Shown here: in pieces, positions 40,279 through 50,355 of the stretch
Numbering within the stretch: the first letter of the stretch is position 1
Layout of the letters: the number at the start of each line of letters is the position of its first letter
Assembly: GCA_048938025.1 (NCBI GenBank)
Contig: JBHLMP010000002.1
Span: 1-64,000 of the forward strand
Direction of reading: 5' to 3'
Source: Promethearchaeota archaeon
GTDB lineage: Archaea; Asgardarchaeota; Lokiarchaeia; Sigyniarchaeales; SOKP01
Length of the DNA stretch: 64,000 nucleotides
The notes under the pieces: model-generated
Seen by the model: only the letters and a program-made list of their open reading frames with translations
What the model was told of the DNA's origin: nothing
Databases searched by the model: none
Program-made: the position numbers and the translations under genes

Positions 40279-41568
40279 TTATAATAGTTTAAATAATTGT
40301 CTTAGACTAAGGCTCATGATATATTGTTGGATTTGTCTTGTTCCACCTCCCATCTCCTGGATTCTTGATATTCCCAAGAGATCATGCATCAAAGTATTGT
40401 CACAAGCTCCAGCACCTCCCATAAGATTTGCACATTCATAACATACTCTTTCACTTAATTTTGCTGATTGAGATTTCAATTGTGAAGCTGTTGCTACAAG
40501 TGCAAGATTAAAGTCTTTTGGAAGAGTTCCTAATTTCTCTATTTTTTCGTCAATAATTTGACAAATATGTAATGCAGCAAAGGTTAAACTCATAGTCTGA
40601 GCCCACTGGTCTGATAAGGGAAACCCAACGCCTTGATATTTTAATATTTCTTGATCAAATTGCTTTCTCATATTTGCATAAATAACTGCATGTGATAAGG
40701 CATTCCAAGCTTGTGCAACATTAAGAATCACCATTCCCAAACGTTCCAAATTTAATCCTTCAAATAAATGAGATCTACCTTGTCCTGGTGAACCTAATAC
40801 ATATTCTGGAGGAACTTTTAAATCTGTAAATGTTTCTTTACCAACATACATTCTTGGCGTCCAGGGTATATTTACTTTTTCAGCTTCCCAACCCTCCCAT
40901 GAAGTATCCACTAAGAATTGTGCCATTGTGTTTCCATTATTTTTTTCAGCAACAGCATAAATTACTGCCCAATCAGCTTTAGGTCCATTAGTTTGATATA
41001 TTTTTTCACCATTGACAATATAACTTCCATCATCCTGCTCTTCACAGGTAGTTAACATATGGACCGCATCTGAGCCTCTTTCTGGTTCAGTAATACATAA
41101 ACATCCTATTTTTTCACCCATTACCATCTCCTTTACAGCTGTTAACCGTTCCTCCACATCTTCGTGATGTAATAAAACTGGATTGATTGCTAAAATAGTA
41201 GCTCCAGCTGCCATAGCTAATTGAGGGTCAAAAAAATCTATGGCAAGTGTTCTCATAAATTCAGCTGTAAATCCATATGGCTCAAAATTTAATCCTATAT
41301 CATCAAATTTATGAACGCGAGTAATTAAATCTGCTTTTCCAATATCCGGAATCCAGTCATAAAAATCTTCATTATGAGTAATGTTATGCTCTTTTTCAAA
41401 CTTTATAAAAAACTTTTGAGCTTTCTTAAGAAAATCAAAATGTCCTTTTGGCAAATAAGACATTAGATTGTAATTTAAGAAATTATAGCGATTTTTTAAT
41501 GAGAGTTTTTCAAGTATCTCCTCATTTATACATTGTACATCTCCTTTTTTACCAACCATTATATTCAA
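40279..41568 (-). CDS. Acyl-CoA dehydrogenase family protein
   Basis: CITEPERGSDA, NGEKIYQTNG, GLNLERL, RKQF, GGGT..IQ. Confidence 0.92.
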   Translation of the reverse strand: MNIMVGKKGDVQCINEEILEKLSLKNRYNFLNYNLMSYLPKGHFDFLKKAQKFFIKFEKEHNITHNEDFYDWIPDIGKADLITRVHKFDDIGLNFEPYGFTAEFMRTLAIDFFDPQLAMAAGATILAINPVLLHHEDVEERLTAVKEMVMGEKIGCLCITEPERGSDAVHMLTTCEEQDDGSYIVNGEKIYQTNGPKADWAVIYAVAEKNNGNTMAQFLVDTSWEGWEAEKVNIPWTPRMYVGKETFTDLKVPPEYVLGSPGQGRSHLFEGLNLERLGMVILNVAQAWNALSHAVIYANMRKQFDQEILKYQGVGFPLSDQWAQTMSLTFAALHICQIIDEKIEKLGTLPKDFNLALVATASQLKSQSAKLSERVCYECANLMGGAGACDNTLMHDLLGISRIQEMGGGTRQIQQYIMSLSLRQLFKLL

Positions 41569-41649
41569 CCCGATACTTATATAACTTTTTAATTATATGT
41601 ACTATTAACCGATATTCTTAAAATATTTTTAGGAATAATAAAAAAATCT

Positions 41650-42861
41650 TTAATCGTATTCAAAAACTACTTTGATTGAATTGTATTTATCCTTTTGAGA
41701 AGCGACTTCTAATGCTTCTTTATATTTTTCCAAAGAAAACTTATGGGTAACAAAACCAGAGACGTCGATATTTCCAGAAGAGATTAAATCTAAGGCAATC
41801 TGCATTGTTCTTTTTCTCTCATTATTAATCTTTTCAATACCAAAAGTATTTGAAGCAATACTTGTCATTTCTTTAACAAATAATGGTGTCCAATCAATCT
41901 CTAAGGTAGCAGGCTGTCCTATTAATATGAGAGTCCCTTTTGGTTTAACTAATTTAAAACTCGTTGTCAATGATGATGGGATTCCTACGCAATCATAAAC
42001 GATATCAGCTCCACCACCTACTAGTATTGGATCAAGAAATGGTGGTGAAACTGTTCTTGCTCCTAATAATCTCGCAAATTTTCTAATATACATACTTTTA
42101 CTTGCTAAAAATACTTCATCAGCACCTATTTTCATTGCTAAATCAAGCTGTTGTTGTCTTGTATCAATAGCAATGATTTTACATTTAGAAAAGACCTTTA
42201 AAACTAGTATAACAGATAATCCCATAACTCCACATCCAACAACCGCTACATTATCAGCATCTTTTGGAAGAGATTTAAAAACACCATGAATTGAACCCGA
42301 TAGTGGTTCAGCCATCAATGCTTCTTCATAAGGGACTGTATCTGGAATTTTAAAAAGTTGACTTTTATGTGCAATAACATATTCTCCCCAACCACCACCA
42401 GTATCTTTACATAAACCCATCATAAATCCTGGTGCAATATCGCCTTTATCGAAATTATAACATAAGCTAAAATCTCCTTCTTTGCAAGCATCACATAATT
42501 CAAGACCTCTTACTTCACAACTCAGAACCTCGTCAATTAATACTCTATCTCCCACTGAAAAGTTTTCCACATTTGCTCCTAATTCTATTACATTCCCTAC
42601 AATTTCATGACCCGGTATTGCTGGAGTCGAAACAAAATTAAGTTGATATGTAGATTGCTTAATCTCTAAAATATGAATATCTGTTCCGCAAATACCTCCC
42701 AATTTAACTTTTATTTTAACCCAATTTTCATTAATTATTTCTGGCTCAGGGACATCTTTATATGAGACTAATTCAAATATTTTTGGTGTAAATGTAGGCT
42801 CTTCGATTTTTTTTTGTAGTAGTTCAAGAAATTTTTCAGTTGTTAAAATTAATGCTTTCAT
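41650..42861 (-). CDS. Zinc-dependent medium-chain dehydrogenase
   Basis: GICGTD, GHE..G, structural Zn C..C..C..C, GCGVMG. Confidence 0.92.
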   Translation of the reverse strand: MKALILTTEKFLELLQKKIEEPTFTPKIFELVSYKDVPEPEIINENWVKIKVKLGGICGTDIHILEIKQSTYQLNFVSTPAIPGHEIVGNVIELGANVENFSVGDRVLIDEVLSCEVRGLELCDACKEGDFSLCYNFDKGDIAPGFMMGLCKDTGGGWGEYVIAHKSQLFKIPDTVPYEEALMAEPLSGSIHGVFKSLPKDADNVAVVGCGVMGLSVILVLKVFSKCKIIAIDTRQQQLDLAMKIGADEVFLASKSMYIRKFARLLGARTVSPPFLDPILVGGGADIVYDCVGIPSSLTTSFKLVKPKGTLILIGQPATLEIDWTPLFVKEMTSIASNTFGIEKINNERKRTMQIALDLISSGNIDVSGFVTHKFSLEKYKEALEVASQKDKYNSIKVVFEYD

Positions 42862-42927
42862 AATACTATTTCCACTTAAACATTTTCAATTTATTCCATT
42901 TAATTCCTAGGTTAAAATATTAATATT

Positions 42928-44652
42928 CTATAAAACTCCCATTGAACCTAATAATTTCGTGGTGTCTGGAGTATCGAAATCTATTTTTACATCTAAAACT
43001 GCTGGTCTACCAGCATTTTTTGCTCGTTCGAAAGCTGGCTTAATTTCATTAGGATCAGTAACTACTTCACCATAACAGCCAAAACCTTCTGCACATTTAG
43101 CATAGTCAAATTCAGGAAGATCAACATCAATATATCGTTTACCCATAAATAATTTCTGACCTGACTTGATCATACCCCATGCATTATTATTTGCTACGAC
43201 ATATATAAGGTTTTTTAAATTTAGCCTAACGGCAGTTTCTAAATCTTGAATATTAATCATAAAAGCACCATCTCCAGCTATAGCCACTACTTGTTTATCT
43301 GGTTTTGCTAATTTTGTTCCAATTCCATAAGGAACTGCAGTACCTAACTGACCCATTCCAACAGCAACGAGTGTTGAAAGTGGTGGACGACTTTTATACC
43401 AATCAACTTGTTCAGCAACAGAAATTGCAATATCTCCACCGTCCATTATAAGGATTGCATCATCATCTATAGATTCTAATATATCTTTAATTAATCTCTT
43501 TGTCATTATAGGAATTTTATCTTTTGACACCTTTTTGTTTATTTTGTTGATTGTATTTTGACGTGTTTGAACAAGTTCCTCTAACCATTCTCTTTTATCT
43601 ACTTTTTCAGACTTTTTAACTTCATTTAGTATTTGATTCAAAAATTGTTTACAATCTCCAACGATACCTAATGTTATTGGTTTTGCACGCCCAATTATTG
43701 ATGGATCAATATCTATTTGTATTAATTTTTGTGTGTTTTTCCAAAATGGTTCTTCTCCATGTCCTAAAGTAAATGAAAATTTACATCCTAGCGCTAATAT
43801 AACATCTGTTTCAGGCGCAATTCTTAGACCTGGACCTGCTATTGCAGTACCAATTAAACACTTTGATTGTTTTGTAATAGTACCGATACCCATAACCGTT
43901 GTAATAACTGGAATTTGCAAGTATTCAGCAAATTCTCGTAGTTCATGCCATGCTTCTGATCTCGAAACACCACCTCCAGATAAAATTAGTGGTTTTTCTG
44001 AATTCAATATTAAATCTAATGCACTTTTTATTTGTTTATCGTTTATCGATGGCTTATCAATACTACGGTATCTTTCTATATCAAAGATTTGGATTTTATC
44101 TTCTTCAATTTCCTCTAAAAAAGCATCTTCAAAAAATTCTAATAACACTGGTTGTGGTCGACCTCCCATAGCTTCTCTAAATGCTTTATGAACTGCATCA
44201 GGAATTTCTTCAACTTTTCTTACACTTTTTTGATATTTTGTTACAGGCTTATACATTGTTATTTGATCGAGATTTCCTTGTAATGTAAAGGAATCTTGGA
44301 ATTTAGAAATTACTTGAGGTACTACTGTGATTACTGGTATATTATCTGCCCAGGCAGCACCTACTCCCGCAATCAAATTTAATGCTCCAGGACCAACTGT
44401 TCCAAAACATATACCGGGAGTATTAGTCACTCTTGCCCATGCATCCGCAGCATGTGCAGCAGCAGCTTCATGTCTAAATAATACAGTTTGAATACCTTGC
44501 TCTCTTCCCCATTTGTATACTGCATCATACATGTTTAAAAACTGACCACCAGGAATGCCAAACATATATTTAACATTTTCTTTTAAGAGACACTTGATTA
44601 AAACATCCCCACCATTAATCAATTTCTTTTCTTCTCCCATTAAATTCACCAT
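42928..44652 (-). CDS. Thiamine-pyrophosphate enzyme (acetolactate synthase-like / 2-hydroxyacyl-CoA lyase-like)
   Basis: FGIPGG, RHEAAA, GPGALN, GDGAF...NN TPP motif. Confidence 0.9.
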   Translation of the reverse strand: MVNLMGEEKKLINGGDVLIKCLLKENVKYMFGIPGGQFLNMYDAVYKWGREQGIQTVLFRHEAAAAHAADAWARVTNTPGICFGTVGPGALNLIAGVGAAWADNIPVITVVPQVISKFQDSFTLQGNLDQITMYKPVTKYQKSVRKVEEIPDAVHKAFREAMGGRPQPVLLEFFEDAFLEEIEEDKIQIFDIERYRSIDKPSINDKQIKSALDLILNSEKPLILSGGGVSRSEAWHELREFAEYLQIPVITTVMGIGTITKQSKCLIGTAIAGPGLRIAPETDVILALGCKFSFTLGHGEEPFWKNTQKLIQIDIDPSIIGRAKPITLGIVGDCKQFLNQILNEVKKSEKVDKREWLEELVQTRQNTINKINKKVSKDKIPIMTKRLIKDILESIDDDAILIMDGGDIAISVAEQVDWYKSRPPLSTLVAVGMGQLGTAVPYGIGTKLAKPDKQVVAIAGDGAFMINIQDLETAVRLNLKNLIYVVANNNAWGMIKSGQKLFMGKRYIDVDLPEFDYAKCAEGFGCYGEVVTDPNEIKPAFERAKNAGRPAVLDVKIDFDTPDTTKLLGSMGVL

Positions 44653-44758
44653 CTTATAAAATCTAGAATATTGTTGATATTACCTTTATTTTATCTAAAG
44701 ATTTAATGTTAAAAAAATGTTCTAAAAATAACTGCAGTAGTAATCTTTTTTTCTATAT

Positions 44759-45745
44759 TTAATATTTAAAATATTTAAGAGAATTCAAAAAGGGGTTTAA
44801 TGTATCTGGGATTTTTGGAATATTATTATGGTTTAGGTTTAACCTTTCAAGATTTCTGAGGAATCCTATTGATAAAGGAATCTCTTGAATGTTATTATGA
44901 CTTAAATCTAATTTATTAAGTGATTTAAGCTTACTTATTGATTCTGGAATTTTTTGAATGTTGTTTCTTTTTAAAATTAATATCCTTAAATAAGTAAGTC
45001 TAGCAAGTGACTCGGGAATTTTTTGAAGATATATATCATCATAACTGTATTTGCTAATCGAATTGAGATATACATCCAAATATCTCAGCTTTGAAAAAGA
45101 ATCAATAATGTCTTGATTTTCTTTAATAAATTTCCAATTATAATAATTGAAATTTAGAATTTCAACATGCTTATTTTTAATTAAGAGCCAAGGTTCACTG
45201 TCTTTAGAGTCACTTAATTGCTGAAAATTTTTATAGCTATCTGGATCTATCTTATAGTTCGTTTTATTTTGAGCGAATAAAGCTTCAAGATCTAAAAAAA
45301 ATTTTGTTTCTTTTGGCACAATATCCAACATCTCCGAAAAGTCTTTATTCCAATTAGTTAAATTTTGCTCCATTTTTTTAAAACTTTCAACTTCAGAATT
45401 CTCAATCTTATCAAATAATACTCTCAAAACTAAAGGAGATCTATCATTATTAACGACCCATTCTAACAGACCTAACCCTTTATCAGTAAAATTAAGAATA
45501 ATTCCTTTTACTGCTGAAGCTCTTACTATAGCATTCTCATCTGAGACGAGAGAATTTTCAAGAATTTTAAAATTTTCGTTATCTATTACTCCTATGTTAT
45601 TTAATATTTCAATAGATTGCGATCTAATTTGAGCATCATTACTACTTTCAATTAGGGATTTTAAGAGTTCTAAAGCTTTCTCTTTACTTAATTCTCCAGT
45701 CTGTAGAGCATTATTAATTGCTATAGGGGATAAAGGCTTTCTCAT
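44759..45745 (-). CDS. HEAT-like + leucine-rich repeat protein
   Basis: DENAIVRASAV HEAT-like segment; C-terminal LxxLxLxxNxIxxIP repeats. Confidence 0.85.
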   Translation of the reverse strand: MRKPLSPIAINNALQTGELSKEKALELLKSLIESSNDAQIRSQSIEILNNIGVIDNENFKILENSLVSDENAIVRASAVKGIILNFTDKGLGLLEWVVNNDRSPLVLRVLFDKIENSEVESFKKMEQNLTNWNKDFSEMLDIVPKETKFFLDLEALFAQNKTNYKIDPDSYKNFQQLSDSKDSEPWLLIKNKHVEILNFNYYNWKFIKENQDIIDSFSKLRYLDVYLNSISKYSYDDIYLQKIPESLARLTYLRILILKRNNIQKIPESISKLKSLNKLDLSHNNIQEIPLSIGFLRNLERLNLNHNNIPKIPDTLNPFLNSLKYFKY

Positions 45746-45969
45746 CTATAACTCAATTCTAGAAAAGATATTTTTAATTTTAAAATACAGATTTTAATAA
45801 ATTACTATATCTAATTATGAAAAAATAGGAGATCGTAAAAAAGATTATTTTTTAATTGTTTTAAAGAAAAATGTTAAAATAAAAATTAGAGTTATAACTA
45901 ATATTATTGTATTTATTTCAAATTTAATAATAAATAAAAATCTTAAACTAAAGAATGTGGTGAATAAAA

Positions 45970-47505
45970 ATTCGAACGTATGAACAATATATTGAAGATC
46001 TAAAGAAAATGAAACCTAATATATACATTGGCGACGAAAAAGTTGATCGTAAGGATTCCAGACTTGCAGGAGGCATGCGAATAATGAAAGAAACTTTTGA
46101 TAGAGCTCATGATCCGGAATGGGAGGATTTATGCACAGCAACTTCCCATATTACTGGAAAAAAGATTAATAGATTTACGCATATACATCAAAATGAAGAT
46201 GATCTACTCAAAAAGCAACTTATGACTCGTCGACTCTGTCATCTAACTGGAGGATGCATACAGAGATGTATGGGTATTGATGCGTTGAATGCTCTCTCGG
46301 TCATAACTTATGAACTCGATGAAGCTTTAGGAACAGACCATTATCAAAGATTTTTAAAATATATGGAATATTTTCAAGAAAATGATCTTGTAGCAAGTTG
46401 CGCTCAAACTGATGCAAAGGGAGATCGATTAAAGCGTCCTCATCAACAAGATGATCCGGATCAATATCTTCGTGTAATTGAATCAAGAGAGGATGGTATA
46501 GTTGTTAGGGGTTGTAAGATTAATATTACTAATACACCATATGCAGATGAGTGTGTAGTTGTTCCATGTAGATATATGGGTCCTGAGGATAAGGATTATG
46601 CTGTTGCTTTTGCTTTACCAGCAGATTGGGAAGGGCTCAGACTCTTAACAAGACCTGCATATATTAGAGCACCTAAACATTTAGAAATTCCGCACTCTGC
46701 GCTTGGAGATGCTGAAACATTTATTATTTTTGATGATGTCTTTGTCCCAAAAGAGAGAGTATTTCTTAATGGTCATGGAGATCCTAGACAAACACCTTAC
46801 GCTGGATTTTTAGCACTCATGTTTGCTCACTATCACAGGCACAGTTATACTGGTTGCAAGCCTGCTATGTCAGAGGTCTTAGGAAGTGCTGCAGCATTAG
46901 TTGCGGAATACAATGGTATTGAGAGCACTTCTCATGTGCGAGATAAACTTTCACACATAATTGGTACTGCAGAGTTAGTTTTTGCTGCTGGAGAATCAAG
47001 TGCAAAGCATTCAGAAAAAGCACCTTCAGGAACACAAGTACCTGATGAGGTTTTAACTAATGCTGGAAGGCGGCTTGCAGGGGAAATGATATATGAAGAA
47101 TATAAGATCTTAGCTGATCTTTCTGGAGGTATAATTGCAACATTACCGTTTGAAGATTCCTTCTTCAATGAAGAAGTGGGAGAGCTTGCTATGAAATATT
47201 TAACGAGAAATCCTCGAGTTAAACCAGAAAATATGTACAGATGTTTTAAAGGTATTGAAAATCTTGTAGTATCCGATTTGGCAGGATTAATGCAAGTTGC
47301 AGGGCTTCATGGTGGAGGAAGCCCTCAAATGGAAACTATCACGATGATGATGAGGTACGATGTAGAGAGACTTAAGGATATCGCTAAATATCTCTTTGGA
47401 ATAAAATCTAAATTAAAACCTTATGAAAGACCAACTGTGACTCCACGAAAACAACTTGAAAAGTTTAGAGCAGCAATGTTAAGAAAGAAGGAAGAAAATC
47501 CTTAA
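45970..47505 (+). CDS. abfD: 4-hydroxybutyryl-CoA dehydratase-like protein (HpaB/AbfD family); probable ATT start
   Basis: Fe-S ligands CIQRC and H..Y.GCK, TDAKGDR, HGGGSP; in-frame IRTYEQYIEDLKK precedes the tracked ATG. Confidence 0.8.
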   Translation: MRTYEQYIEDLKKMKPNIYIGDEKVDRKDSRLAGGMRIMKETFDRAHDPEWEDLCTATSHITGKKINRFTHIHQNEDDLLKKQLMTRRLCHLTGGCIQRCMGIDALNALSVITYELDEALGTDHYQRFLKYMEYFQENDLVASCAQTDAKGDRLKRPHQQDDPDQYLRVIESREDGIVVRGCKINITNTPYADECVVVPCRYMGPEDKDYAVAFALPADWEGLRLLTRPAYIRAPKHLEIPHSALGDAETFIIFDDVFVPKERVFLNGHGDPRQTPYAGFLALMFAHYHRHSYTGCKPAMSEVLGSAAALVAEYNGIESTSHVRDKLSHIIGTAELVFAAGESSAKHSEKAPSGTQVPDEVLTNAGRRLAGEMIYEEYKILADLSGGIIATLPFEDSFFNEEVGELAMKYLTRNPRVKPENMYRCFKGIENLVVSDLAGLMQVAGLHGGGSPQMETITMMMRYDVERLKDIAKYLFGIKSKLKPYERPTVTPRKQLEKFRAAMLRKKEENP

Positions 47506-47570
47506 AATCAATTTATTTAATCTTTTTTTTTATTTAAATTATATATTGCATCCTTTGCTAATGAATAGCA

Positions 47571-48533
47571 TTATAAAATACATAATACAAATGATTGACT
47601 TTCAGTAAGTGAATCGAGAGTTATTTTTTTGTCTTTTTTTATGAATTGCTTGATTGGAACACCTTTTTCATAAATTTCTTTAAATTTATCATTAAAAATT
47701 TGATAAATATTCTTATTTCGAGAGATATAAGCCCCAATTAAAATATTAGTGGGGTCAAAACTTGGTTGGATAAGCTCATTATCAGTTAAACTGAAATTAC
47801 TGAAATTCTCATCAGTTATTTTTATATCAAATTTTTTAAATTCTAAATTAAAGTTATCAATATGTTTAGATAAAATCTCGAGTTCTCTGCTCCCCAATAG
47901 TTCCCTTACTACTTCTGAATTGAATATAACCTGTATATCTATATTTTTAATGTTTTCCTTAATTCTTTTGATTCCTGTAGCCATATCATCCTTAATATCG
48001 TTAGGTATCCCTTTAATTTGATATTTTTGAATTAAGGAAATCAATGGATTATCATATCTGATTCCAACTGCAATTTTACATAATTTTGGTGCTAAAAATG
48101 AGTAATATGTTTCAGCAAAATTTTTAATATCATAATTTATAAACTCAACGGGTTCTTGAACAACTTGTTCTTCTAGATTATACTTTTTTATGAATTCCTC
48201 AATTGATGTTTCACATCTATTTTGTCTTTCTAAAAATTGATTTTGAAGTTCTTCAATTCTTTTATGGATTAATTTTTGCCAAAGTGTGAGCACCGGAGTT
48301 GCTAGATGGACTTTCATAGGACGATCATAAGTCTGAACAAGTTCCAAATCATTTAATACCGAACAAATCTTATAGCCTCTTTTTAAGGAGAGATTAAATT
48401 GATTGCATACTTGCTTTAACTCATCAATTCTCTTATTCAGTAATAGATAGTGATAAATCCTCTCTATTCCCTTTTCGATAATGCCAATTGAATCGAATAA
48501 TTGGCTCAGAGTTAAAAATTCGGTATCTTCCAT
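47571..48533 (-). CDS. TrmB-like transcription regulator (N-terminal wHTH)
   Basis: IYHYLL...LKRGYKICSVLNDLELV..RP wHTH pattern, followed by a coiled coil and a C-terminal domain. Confidence 0.55.
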   Translation of the reverse strand: MEDTEFLTLSQLFDSIGIIEKGIERIYHYLLLNKRIDELKQVCNQFNLSLKRGYKICSVLNDLELVQTYDRPMKVHLATPVLTLWQKLIHKRIEELQNQFLERQNRCETSIEEFIKKYNLEEQVVQEPVEFINYDIKNFAETYYSFLAPKLCKIAVGIRYDNPLISLIQKYQIKGIPNDIKDDMATGIKRIKENIKNIDIQVIFNSEVVRELLGSRELEILSKHIDNFNLEFKKFDIKITDENFSNFSLTDNELIQPSFDPTNILIGAYISRNKNIYQIFNDKFKEIYEKGVPIKQFIKKDKKITLDSLTESQSFVLCIL

Positions 48534-48537
48534 TTGA

Positions 48538-49068
48538 TCACCTGTTACCTGTTCGTTCTAGAGTTAGTTCAGTCAGAACATTAAAAGATTTTTCAACATT
48601 CAGATTTTCTTTAGCGGAGATTTCAGCAAAACTCGCCATTTTATTTTTTTCAGCAATTTGGATACCATATTCTCTTGGAACTTGACGTTGGGTATTTTCA
48701 AGATCTGTTTTCGAACCAACTAACATAATAGGGATAGGACCACCTTTTTGTCTCACAATTGTAATCCATTCAGAGATATTATCTAATGTGGATGGTCTTG
48801 TAATATCATATAAGAGAAATGCAGCATTTGCACCAAGACAATAGGTTGGTAAAAGGAATCGAAACCTTTCTTCACCCCCCACATCCCAAATTTGGAGCTT
48901 TACCTTTTTACCCATAAGATCAATTGTTTTTACATGGAAATCCACTCCAATAGTTAACCGCTCCGAGGGATTAAAAATATTATAACAATACCTCTTGGTA
49001 AAGGAAGTCTTTCCAACGCTAGCATCTCCTAACAAAAGAATTTTAAAAGTATAATCATAATTTGAAAT
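48538..49068 (-). CDS. Rab-like small GTPase (Asgard); probable ATT start
   Basis: YDYTFKILLLGDASVGKTS, TIGVDF, KLQIWDVGGEERF, LLYDIT, GSKTD, EISAK. Confidence 0.92.
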   Translation of the reverse strand: MSNYDYTFKILLLGDASVGKTSFTKRYCYNIFNPSERLTIGVDFHVKTIDLMGKKVKLQIWDVGGEERFRFLLPTYCLGANAAFLLYDITRPSTLDNISEWITIVRQKGGPIPIMLVGSKTDLENTQRQVPREYGIQIAEKNKMASFAEISAKENLNVEKSFNVLTELTLERTGNR

Positions 49069-49377
49069 TTTAATACACCCAAGTTATAAATTGGTTATAA
49101 TTTTTGATAAAATTTAATTTTCTATTAATTTCACTAAAATTCTGTTTTTGTTAAATTGATAATTCAATTAATATATTTTTATGTTATTATACCACACTTG
49201 TATATCTTTAATAAATTGCACATTTTTAAATATAGTTTGAAAAATTTTTGTACAGATTTTTAGCACATAAATTGTTTTAGATCTCAATTTAAAAAAATTT
49301 TCACTATAGATAAGATTTTATTATTATTATGTAAAATCTTATAATCTTAAATTAAAATAAAGTAAAAAAAAATAATT

Positions 49378-49947
49378 TCAGAATTTTTTAAAAATATTTT
49401 TCACTTTTTCTTTGATTACTGGATTTGATTCTTTTTCAAAGTAATTTTTTAGTTCCCTATAAACTAAGGGATTTTTTATTAGATTATGTGTATCTAAGAA
49501 TTTTGTAGCTGCCCATCGAACGGAATCATCTGGATCATTCAATAAAGGCAATATAAAATTAAGATACTTTAAATCACCTATTTTTGCTATTCTAAGTATT
49601 GTTCTTGCCCTAGTATTAAAATCAGGGTGATATAAATAGGGAACTAAAATATCCTCAATTATTTCATTTTTTATGAAATCGATAATGAAATTAAAAATAT
49701 CGAGTTTAAAGTTATGAATTTTATTCGTTTCTTCGATATATGATTCAATAACAGATTCGGCTCTCTTTCCTATTTTTAAGAGACTTTCAAATGATATAAA
49801 AAAATGGTCTGATAAATCTGGTGTATCCAATTTCAAGTTATTAATCAATCTTCTTATAATTTTGTCGTCTACTTTCGAGATTTCTATTACATCCCAATTT
49901 ACATTTTCTGATTCATCCCAGATTTTATTATTCCTTAAATAACTCAC
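49378..49947 (-). CDS. HEAT repeat protein (probable start GTG 49947)
   Basis: LYHPDFNTRA, LLNDPDDSVRWAA, ESNPVIK; the tracked N-terminal extension looks intergenic. Confidence 0.75.
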   Translation of the reverse strand: MSYLRNNKIWDESENVNWDVIEISKVDDKIIRRLINNLKLDTPDLSDHFFISFESLLKIGKRAESVIESYIEETNKIHNFKLDIFNFIIDFIKNEIIEDILVPYLYHPDFNTRARTILRIAKIGDLKYLNFILPLLNDPDDSVRWAATKFLDTHNLIKNPLVYRELKNYFEKESNPVIKEKVKNIFKKF

Positions 49948-50355
49948 CGTATCTACTTTAATAATTTTTAAGTTAATTACAAAAAAAAATAGGTGAAGTA
50001 CTTTAATTAATTTATTATTAAAATAAAAATAAAAAGCGAACAATATAATAAATTTGCAAGGAATTAACCTTAGTCGATTAATAATAAAATTAATTGATTA
50101 ATAATAAGATAAATTTTGATATATGTTAATTACCTGTTAATTAAATTGCTTACATTGTTATACAAAATATCTTGTTTTTGTTTATTAGAAATTTTTGGTA
50201 AAGTGATTATCTAGTCAATTTCAATTGATAGAGTAGAATCTGAACCATTCAAGATTCTTTTATGAGCTACTGTCCTAATATCTTAAAAGAATTTTTATTT
50301 ATGAAAAAATTATTCATTTTATAATTTATTCCATATATAAAAAGGTTAGAATTAA

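Noticed and set aside
43733-44191. Antisense ORFs of 60-152 aa (also 58569-59006, 55021-55335, 9688-9975 and others)
   Set aside because: They are shadow frames fully overlapping well-supported genes.
49948-50043. Hydrophobic N-terminal extension of the HEAT protein
   Set aside because: It looks like translated AT-rich intergenic DNA; the GTG at 49947 is the more plausible start.
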